Part shown: piece by piece, positions 56,928-64,000 of the stretch
How the letters are laid out: each line of letters begins with the position of its first letter
Position numbering within the stretch: position 1 is the first letter of the stretch
From: an uncultured Thermotogae bacterium
Lineage (GTDB): Bacteria; Thermotogota; Thermotogae; MWEM01
NCBI GenBank assembly: GCA_963667315.1
Contig: OY763325.1
Coordinates: 1,826,380-1,890,379, forward strand
Reading direction: 5' to 3'
Length of the DNA stretch: 64,000 bases
Program-made: the position numbers and the translations under genes
The notes under the pieces: generated by a model
Told to the model about the DNA's origin: nothing
Seen by the model: the letters and a program-made list of their open reading frames with translations, nothing else
Databases searched by the model: none

Positions 56928-59093
56928 ATGATCTCTTTAAAAGATGAGTTTGTTAAACAGGGCAAAAAGCTTTCACGCCGGTTCCTGATACCCCTTATAG
57001 TCTTCATAGCATTTATATCGTTCTCTTTCTGGGTCATCATGTTTCATGCCAGGATGGATGAAATCAATTCGACGGCTGAGATCTTTATTCGGGATGTCAA
57101 CATAACTTTTTTTGAAATTGAATACGATTACAATCATTCTCTCGCTTCTCTTCTGACAGCTTATTATGAAGCAGGCTATGGGGCGGAGAGTATTCAGGCA
57201 ATCAAATCGAAACTCTTTGAAAGGCAGTCGCCTTCTTTCGAGCTTACGCAGGTCAATTTTTATCGAATCTCTGAAGATTTTCGTATTTTTGATACCGATG
57301 CCGAAGGATATCTTGATATGGATCTCAGCAGTTTTGACTATTTTGAAAACAATCTGTCACGGTTAAAACCGGGTGAAGTCTTTCTCGACAGGATCACGAC
57401 TGAAATCGTAACCGGCGATTTCGTACTGGTTGCCTATGTCCGTGATCGTGATGGCACCTTTTTTTCAATAGGGCTGAAGTTTGGCGGGGATCAGGAAATC
57501 GTTCAAGCCCTGTCCAGACAAGTTTTTACCAAAGATGATGCGATAATCACAATGAACAAGGCTTTTTCGGATGCGGAACGAAATTATTTTCAGCATTCAC
57601 TTGAAAGCGGTCGGCCCGTCTTTCGTTATGTTCCTTTTTTAAAGGCCGATTATTATATCGCCAAAAATTCAAACTACGGCAATCACAAACTCATCGTAAC
57701 CATCACCTATATTTACCCGCTTTTTATGCTTATTTCCACTCTCATCATCATTGCATTGATCATCGTCCTCAGACTGCTCACACAAAGGCATCTGGATCAC
57801 GTTTCCCACAAATTTTCAGGTGCAATGGAGATCGTCGAAAGGAATGTCACAGGATTCCATTTAACCGGACAAGCGGTAGTTCCTGAACCTGTCAGGACAG
57901 ATATTCTTGAAATTCACGCCATCTCCAATGCCTTTTCAAAAATGAAAAATGAAATTCAGAGTTCCTATGAAGAGATGACGGCCATGAACGAAGAACTGGA
58001 AGCGGCTTATCTGGAAAACCAGGATCTTCTAAGCAGACTTGAAACCTTGATCAACGTCCCGGATTATCTCCTTTATCTGGACGATATCGAAAGGTTTCTC
58101 GTCAGAAGTTTTGAGAGAATACTGACCCTCTCCTCTGATATCGATTTCGCCTATGTGCTCGTGATTGATGAGGGCCTGTACAAATTTCTCGATAGCAGGG
58201 GCTTTGGAACTGAACAACTGAACAAATTGAAATTGATTGCCGGAAAATTTAAACATGAAAAAGCAGTTGTGCTGAGAGAACATGATAAGGGTGATCTCTA
58301 CACCCTCTACCCAATACCGGAAGTCGAAAAAGAATTAAGGAGCATCTCCCAGTCACTGGTTATTCCCATCCGCTCGGATAAACAGTATTATGGCAGTATA
58401 ACGTTACTCACAACCACCCGGTCAAACCATCATCTCACACATGAAGATCATCGTATAGCCGCTTATTTTGCCGCATATCTCAAGGGATATCTCATGATCA
58501 AAGAATTTTCAGGGATTGAAGAGGAATTAAAAGGCGAAACGATATACGCTCTCATCCGTCTCCTGGAAAAGCATGATCCCTACACGAAAGGTCACTCGGA
58601 AGGTGTGGCAAAACTCGCCTCGAATTTTGCCCTGTTTATGGGTTTATCGGAAGAAACGGCACAGGATCTTTACTGGGCGGGGATCATTCACGATATGGGA
58701 AAAATTCTCATCCCGCATCGTATCCTGAACAAACCCGGAAGATTGACGGATGAAGAATTCGACATCATCAAAAAGCATCCGGTTTTCGCCTATGATGTGC
58801 TGAAGGAGAATAAACTCATGAAGAATATTGCAGAATATATCGTTCATCATCACGAAAAATACAACGGCAGCGGTTATCCCGACGGCTTAAAGGGAGAGGC
58901 AATCCCGTTCGAGGCAAGAATTCTGACACTGGCCGATTCCTGGGACGCCATGACCGCTGAAAGAGTTTATAAAAAGAGCATCACCTTTGAAGATGCCATC
59001 GATGATCTTGAGAAAAACGCCGGGATACAATTCGACCCTGAATTGACGAGACAATGGATCCATTTCGTCAGATCGGACAGATACAAAAAATAA
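56928..59093 (+). CDS. Membrane-bound HD-GYP phosphodiesterase (paralog 3)
   Basis: KHDPYTKGHS, HDMGK, HHEKYNGSGYP, ADSWDAM. Confidence 0.92.
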   Translation: MISLKDEFVKQGKKLSRRFLIPLIVFIAFISFSFWVIMFHARMDEINSTAEIFIRDVNITFFEIEYDYNHSLASLLTAYYEAGYGAESIQAIKSKLFERQSPSFELTQVNFYRISEDFRIFDTDAEGYLDMDLSSFDYFENNLSRLKPGEVFLDRITTEIVTGDFVLVAYVRDRDGTFFSIGLKFGGDQEIVQALSRQVFTKDDAIITMNKAFSDAERNYFQHSLESGRPVFRYVPFLKADYYIAKNSNYGNHKLIVTITYIYPLFMLISTLIIIALIIVLRLLTQRHLDHVSHKFSGAMEIVERNVTGFHLTGQAVVPEPVRTDILEIHAISNAFSKMKNEIQSSYEEMTAMNEELEAAYLENQDLLSRLETLINVPDYLLYLDDIERFLVRSFERILTLSSDIDFAYVLVIDEGLYKFLDSRGFGTEQLNKLKLIAGKFKHEKAVVLREHDKGDLYTLYPIPEVEKELRSISQSLVIPIRSDKQYYGSITLLTTTRSNHHLTHEDHRIAAYFAAYLKGYLMIKEFSGIEEELKGETIYALIRLLEKHDPYTKGHSEGVAKLASNFALFMGLSEETAQDLYWAGIIHDMGKILIPHRILNKPGRLTDEEFDIIKKHPVFAYDVLKENKLMKNIAEYIVHHHEKYNGSGYPDGLKGEAIPFEARILTLADSWDAMTAERVYKKSITFEDAIDDLEKNAGIQFDPELTRQWIHFVRSDRYKK

Positions 59094-59178
59094 GTGTCTT
59101 ATTTCGTCATTAATGATAACCGACTAATAATTAGTATTCTTCCCGACGGGATGAATCCGTCAAAAAAATGGTGAAAGC

Positions 59179-61338
59179 ATGAAAACTTTAAAAGAACAGA
59201 TGTTCCAAAATTCAAGAAAACTGGTACTGGTTATCGTCATCCCACTCGTCATCTTCACACTTATCATCTCCGGATTACTCTGGTATACGCTATTTGATGC
59301 CAGAGCAAAGGAGATCACGGCGAAGGCAAACGAATACGTACGGGAATTGGAATATACTTTTGAAAAAGTAAAATCCAAGCATTTCTTTCTGTTGTCTGAG
59401 TTGTTGCGTGAAGAATATTCAAGCGGGTATGACGCCAATGCGCGTGACCGGATTATCAAAAAAATAGATGAGATCGCCTGCGACACCTTTGATGTTGCAC
59501 AGGTTAATTTTTACCGGATTAACACCGATTTCGTCATCTATGAAACGGATTATCCACCGGACACCGGACTTGATTTCAAGACCGATCCCACAATGCTCGA
59601 ATTTCTCTCGTCAATGCAGCCGGGAGAGATCGCAACAAACGGTCTCACACTGGAATATCACACGTCTGAACCGAGGCTGTTTATCTATATCAGACTGCCT
59701 GATGGCAGCTGGTTTGAAATCGGAATACGCTTCACAAATTTTTATGAAAGACTCAAGGCTATCAGCGAAACGATTTTCACCGACTATGATGCCAATATTA
59801 TTTTCATCAAAACCCCAACCGATGCGGAAAAGAGCTATCTCTCCAGATCAATGGAAACGGGACAGGCGATTTTTCATCATACGGGTATCACCGGTGCGCA
59901 ATATTATATCAGTAAAGCATTGGGCTTCAGCCGTTTAAACTTTATCATCGACATGGATTTCCCCTTTGTTCTCGAGTTGACCGTCACCTTGCTGGAACTG
60001 ATTGCCCTCCTGATCATCTTTTCATTCATCATCAGGCGGATGCTGCGAAAATTCTCGAACAGACTGTCGAAAAATATCAGCATCATCAATCAAAACGTCC
60101 AGAATTTTCATCTCAATGGCTTACAAAAAGCCCCGGAGCCCGTTGATTCCGAAGTCGAGGAAATCAGAGCCATCTCGGATAATTTCATGAAGATGCGGGA
60201 GGAGATCATCGGAGCCTATGAGGAAACAACCGCCATGAACGAAGAACTGGAGGCCTCTTTCCTTGAAAATCAAACACTGCTGGAAAAGATGGAAGTCCTG
60301 ATTGATGTTCCCGATTATGTACTCTATCTGAACGATATTGAGAAATTCCTTCTGAGAAGTTTTGAGAGACTGATTCTGTTAACGGGGGACTATGATTTTG
60401 GTTACGTTGCCATCATTGAAGACGGCATTTACAAATATTTGGAATTCAACGGCTTTGACGTGGAACAGATGAACCGTCTGCAATTGAAGGTGGAAGATTT
60501 CCCGATTACGGATAAAGTCAAACTGCGTGAATTCGGAGAAGGCGAGTTTTATAAACTTCACCCTATAGAATCTCTCAGAGATGCAATTATGGACACACAA
60601 CAGGCGCTCTTCATTCCCATTGCCACCAAAAAACGCTTTTATGGGAGTATCAGCCTTTACACTCAAAAACATTCGGGGAACAAATTCACCGGTGACGATG
60701 TCCGAATCGCCAAATATTTCGCCAAGTATCTTGACGGCTATCTCCTGTTAAAAGAATTCGGCGAGATTGAAGAGGAACTTCAGAAAGAAACCATCAACGC
60801 ACTGATTCGATTACTGGAACAACATGATCCCTATACAAAAGGACATTCTGAAAGTGTCGCACATCTCGCATCAGAATTTGCCCATTATCTAAATCTGAGT
60901 GAGGAGACGGCTCAGGACCTTTACTGGTCGGGGATTGTGCATGATATGGGTAAGATTCTCATCCCGCATAATATCCTCAACAAGCCGGGACGGTTGACGG
61001 AAGATGAATTTGACATCATCAAAAAACACCCGGTTTACGCTTATGATGCCCTGAAAGATAACCAGCTCATGAAAGACATCGCCATTCATATCCGTCATCA
61101 TCATGAAAAATACGACGGCAGCGGTTATCCCGACGGGCTGAAGGGCAAAGCCATCCCCTATGAATCCCGTATACTTGCTCTTGCAGACTCATGGGATGCG
61201 ATGGTCTCCGAAAGAATCTACAAAAAGGGTATCGATCTGAAAGATGCCATCGCCGATTTCAAAAGAAATTCAGGCATACAATTTGATCCCGATCTGGTTG
61301 AAAGATGGATAAAATTCATTCAATCTGATATGATATAA
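59179..61338 (+). CDS. Membrane-bound HD-GYP phosphodiesterase (paralog 4)
   Basis: QHDPYTKGHS, HDMGK, HHEKYDGSGYP, ADSWDAM. Confidence 0.92.
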   Translation: MKTLKEQMFQNSRKLVLVIVIPLVIFTLIISGLLWYTLFDARAKEITAKANEYVRELEYTFEKVKSKHFFLLSELLREEYSSGYDANARDRIIKKIDEIACDTFDVAQVNFYRINTDFVIYETDYPPDTGLDFKTDPTMLEFLSSMQPGEIATNGLTLEYHTSEPRLFIYIRLPDGSWFEIGIRFTNFYERLKAISETIFTDYDANIIFIKTPTDAEKSYLSRSMETGQAIFHHTGITGAQYYISKALGFSRLNFIIDMDFPFVLELTVTLLELIALLIIFSFIIRRMLRKFSNRLSKNISIINQNVQNFHLNGLQKAPEPVDSEVEEIRAISDNFMKMREEIIGAYEETTAMNEELEASFLENQTLLEKMEVLIDVPDYVLYLNDIEKFLLRSFERLILLTGDYDFGYVAIIEDGIYKYLEFNGFDVEQMNRLQLKVEDFPITDKVKLREFGEGEFYKLHPIESLRDAIMDTQQALFIPIATKKRFYGSISLYTQKHSGNKFTGDDVRIAKYFAKYLDGYLLLKEFGEIEEELQKETINALIRLLEQHDPYTKGHSESVAHLASEFAHYLNLSEETAQDLYWSGIVHDMGKILIPHNILNKPGRLTEDEFDIIKKHPVYAYDALKDNQLMKDIAIHIRHHHEKYDGSGYPDGLKGKAIPYESRILALADSWDAMVSERIYKKGIDLKDAIADFKRNSGIQFDPDLVERWIKFIQSDMI

Positions 61339-61421
61339 GTGCTCGGATTGAATCGCAGGATCTTGACATCTTCCCGACGGGAATGCTTGTGGGGGTGGAT
61401 TTATATTTAAAGGAGACTGTT

Positions 61422-64000
61422 TTGAAAAATTATTTAAAACCGGCGGCTATCGGATTGCTGATGTTCGCTGCACTTGTGTTTATCATCGTTTTGATCTACT
61501 CATCCAGTAATATGATGCCCATCTTTGGAAATTGGGAACTTGAAAAAAACGGAACCGTCAAAAGTTTCACCTTTCCGGTATGGGAGGAGCTGACCGATGA
61601 GGATTATCTGATCCTGAGAAGCACCTTTGAGCTGGAGGCTATCTACGACCGGATGACGTTCACCATCTATCCCTTTATCAGAAATGCGGATGTTTATATC
61701 AACGGGGAATACGCCTTTAAGATCGACTCGCTTGAGAAGATGGAGGAGAATCCGCCTCCCTATATCTTTCTGACTTACAAGATACCGAAAAGATTTTTAA
61801 ATCAGCAAATAACACTGGAAATCAGAACGTACGGTCCTCAGACCGTCTTTTTCGGTTATTACCCGATGAAGGCGAATTATCAGATTTTGACAACCGCCTA
61901 TATCAGTGCAGAGGTCCTTGAATCCTATGTCTATATCTTTGCGATGGGAATGCAGGGAATTCTCGCTTTCCTCATGATGTCCATCGCCTTCAGTACGAAA
62001 GGAAAGAACAGGGCTTATTTTCATATCGGACTCGGGATCATGATACAGATATTCTACCTGTTTAACGCCGTTATCGGGTTTAATACGAATTATTCACTCT
62101 CTTCCACCGATTTTTCATTCTTGCTTCCGATCATTCTGATCAGCTCATTTACCTTTATTTATCAGGGGCTGGAGTTGTTCCTGACACAGAGATTAAAATA
62201 TACCCGGCATCTCGTCAAGATCATCCCCGTTCTCTTCCTGTTGTATCTGGTCATTCCGATAGACATCTTCATCGTGGAACATATCTCGGCTGCCTATTTT
62301 CTGGGGATGACCGCTCTGATCATCTATGTGTCCGTTAAGCACGCCAAAAACATCCTGCTGACCTGTACCCTTTATCTCGTCTTGTTCACAACCCTTTACG
62401 ATTTTTACATCAAAGGCCTGATCACGATTTTTCCGATGCCTGCCCTTCAAACCTATGCCATCATCACCCTGAATTTCATCTTCGGCTCTTTCTTCGCCTA
62501 CAATTTTATCTCCGGATACAAACGTGAACGTAAATTAAGACTTGAACTCACCGAATCCTATGAGGAAATTCACACGTCAAATGAGGAGCTTGAAGCCTCC
62601 TATCAGGAGATTGAACAGCTCAACAGTTCATTGGAGGAAAAGGTCAGAGAACGGACGGAAGCGTTGAATCTGACGGTGAAAGACCTCAGGATGATCCTCA
62701 ACAACACCGATGAAGGATTCCTGACACTCGACAAACTGCACAGAGCTGAAAACACTTACAGTCGTGAAAGTGAAAGAATCTTCGGATGCTGTCCCGCGGG
62801 CATGAAGCTTTCAGACCTGTTGTATCCGGCTGAATCGGATAGGGAAAACAATATTTTCATCGACGAAATTATCACGGCAATTCAGATGGAATCAAATGAT
62901 CTGAGACGAGAGGCTTATCTCTCTCTGCTGCCCGATCAACTGACCATCAACGGGCTTTTCGTTGAACTGGAATACAAATGGATTGAAGATGCCATCCCGG
63001 GAGAAAAACAGCTCATGATCATCCTCAGGGATATGACGGCAAAACGCAAACTCGAAAATATGATCGAACATGAACGGAACAACCTCTCAAAGATCGTCAA
63101 GATCATGCTGAACCTTGAGGAATTCATGCGCATAGAAATCGATTATCGGCAATTTATGACTATCGAAGTTTTCAGAGCCATTGAAGACAGCACCTCTTTT
63201 ATCAAAACGATCAGTTTTATCAAACGAAGAGTACATACGTTCAAAGGAAACCTCGCCAGTTTCGGACTTGCTACCATCGCCGAAAAACTCCATCTGCTGG
63301 AAGATGATCTTTCAGAGCTTCTCCTTGATGAAACGGAGAACGGTGCCGAAAAACTCGATACCATGAAAACCCTGTTCAACGAACGCAAGACCATCGAATG
63401 GCTGAGTGATGAGGAAGAGGCCATCAAACAGGCAATCTCTACCGATATATTCAGAGAGGAACGTTTTTACCGCGTCTATCCGGAACAGCTGGAAAATCTG
63501 AAAAGACGGTTATGCGCCATTCTTCCGGAAAACCTTCTGGGGCCTGTTAAGGAAGAAGTCAAAATCATTGAACACAGAAGTCTCAAAGAACTGCTGAACT
63601 ATTATCGCTTTGTCGTGGAGAATCTCTGCGAAAAGTTGGGGAAAACTGTGAATCCACTGATCATTCGTGGAAACAATCATTATGTGGATGCGGACAAATA
63701 CGAAAAATGGATCGGTAGTCTGATTCATCTGTTCAGAAACAGTATCGATCATGGGATTGAAGGGGCAGATGAACGAATCACCGCAGGCAAAGCGGAATAT
63801 GGACAGGTTATCATCGATATCCGTAAAAATAATTCTCAGTTGAAGATCGAAATATCCGATGACGGGAGGGGCATAGATGTTGCAAAGATAGCCGGGACGG
63901 CCGTTGAAAAAGGCTTGAAGACGGCAGCAGAGATTAAAGAGATGACAGACGAACAGATCCTGAATCTCATCTTCCTGGACGGTTTCTCCACAAAAGATGA
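61422..64000 (+). CDS. Multi-TM CheA-like histidine kinase (Hpt + HATPase); runs off the window, absent from ORF track
   Basis: TTG after AAGGAG; my translation in one frame: N-terminal TM, multi-TM block, SYEEIHTSNEELEASYQE, Hpt RRVHTFKGNLASFG, HATPase LIHLFRNSIDHGIE...ISDDGRGID...LIFLDGFST. Confidence 0.85.
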   Translation, partial: MKNYLKPAAIGLLMFAALVFIIVLIYSSSNMMPIFGNWELEKNGTVKSFTFPVWEELTDEDYLILRSTFELEAIYDRMTFTIYPFIRNADVYINGEYAFKIDSLEKMEENPPPYIFLTYKIPKRFLNQQITLEIRTYGPQTVFFGYYPMKANYQILTTAYISAEVLESYVYIFAMGMQGILAFLMMSIAFSTKGKNRAYFHIGLGIMIQIFYLFNAVIGFNTNYSLSSTDFSFLLPIILISSFTFIYQGLELFLTQRLKYTRHLVKIIPVLFLLYLVIPIDIFIVEHISAAYFLGMTALIIYVSVKHAKNILLTCTLYLVLFTTLYDFYIKGLITIFPMPALQTYAIITLNFIFGSFFAYNFISGYKRERKLRLELTESYEEIHTSNEELEASYQEIEQLNSSLEEKVRERTEALNLTVKDLRMILNNTDEGFLTLDKLHRAENTYSRESERIFGCCPAGMKLSDLLYPAESDRENNIFIDEIITAIQMESNDLRREAYLSLLPDQLTINGLFVELEYKWIEDAIPGEKQLMIILRDMTAKRKLENMIEHERNNLSKIVKIMLNLEEFMRIEIDYRQFMTIEVFRAIEDSTSFIKTISFIKRRVHTFKGNLASFGLATIAEKLHLLEDDLSELLLDETENGAEKLDTMKTLFNERKTIEWLSDEEEAIKQAISTDIFREERFYRVYPEQLENLKRRLCAILPENLLGPVKEEVKIIEHRSLKELLNYYRFVVENLCEKLGKTVNPLIIRGNNHYVDADKYEKWIGSLIHLFRNSIDHGIEGADERITAGKAEYGQVIIDIRKNNSQLKIEISDDGRGIDVAKIAGTAVEKGLKTAAEIKEMTDEQILNLIFLDGFSTKD

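Overview
Bacterial chromosomal window. The lineage is probably Thermotogota (an inference from gene content: secG-tyrS, GH38 mannosidase, expanded HD-GYP family, OppA without a lipobox). The housekeeping and metabolic backbone comprises tyrS, secG, tmcAL, an Opp/Dpp peptide ABC operon with an M20 amidohydrolase, two-subunit Fe-S fumarate hydratase, a nitrilase, a radical SAM protein, a PAS-MCP, pdxK, a GH38 alpha-mannosidase and asnS. Three accessory blocks stand out. (1) A ~21 kb, progressively AT-richer island (12.3-33.2 kb) encodes four TPR-CHAT caspase-like proteases (three with intact His/Cys motifs, one pseudogene), zinc-finger (HxxxCxxC) anti-sigma-like proteins, stand-alone copies of their shared C-terminal domain, four divergent sigma-70-like paralogs and a small secreted protein. 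This looks like a CRISPR-free protease/anti-sigma/sigma signalling system. (2) An array of six 40-45 aa peptide genes (43.6-44.7 kb) is missed by the ORF track. They form two sequence families, each gene has its own RBS and each peptide ends in Arg. (3) Four tandem membrane HD-GYP phosphodiesterases are followed by a membrane CheA-like kinase. Also present are GTAG-type REP palindromes, a decayed mazEF pair and two GLUG-repeat lipoproteins. No rRNA, tRNA, CRISPR array, integrase or transposase was recognised. All family assignments come from reading motifs by eye, not from database searches.
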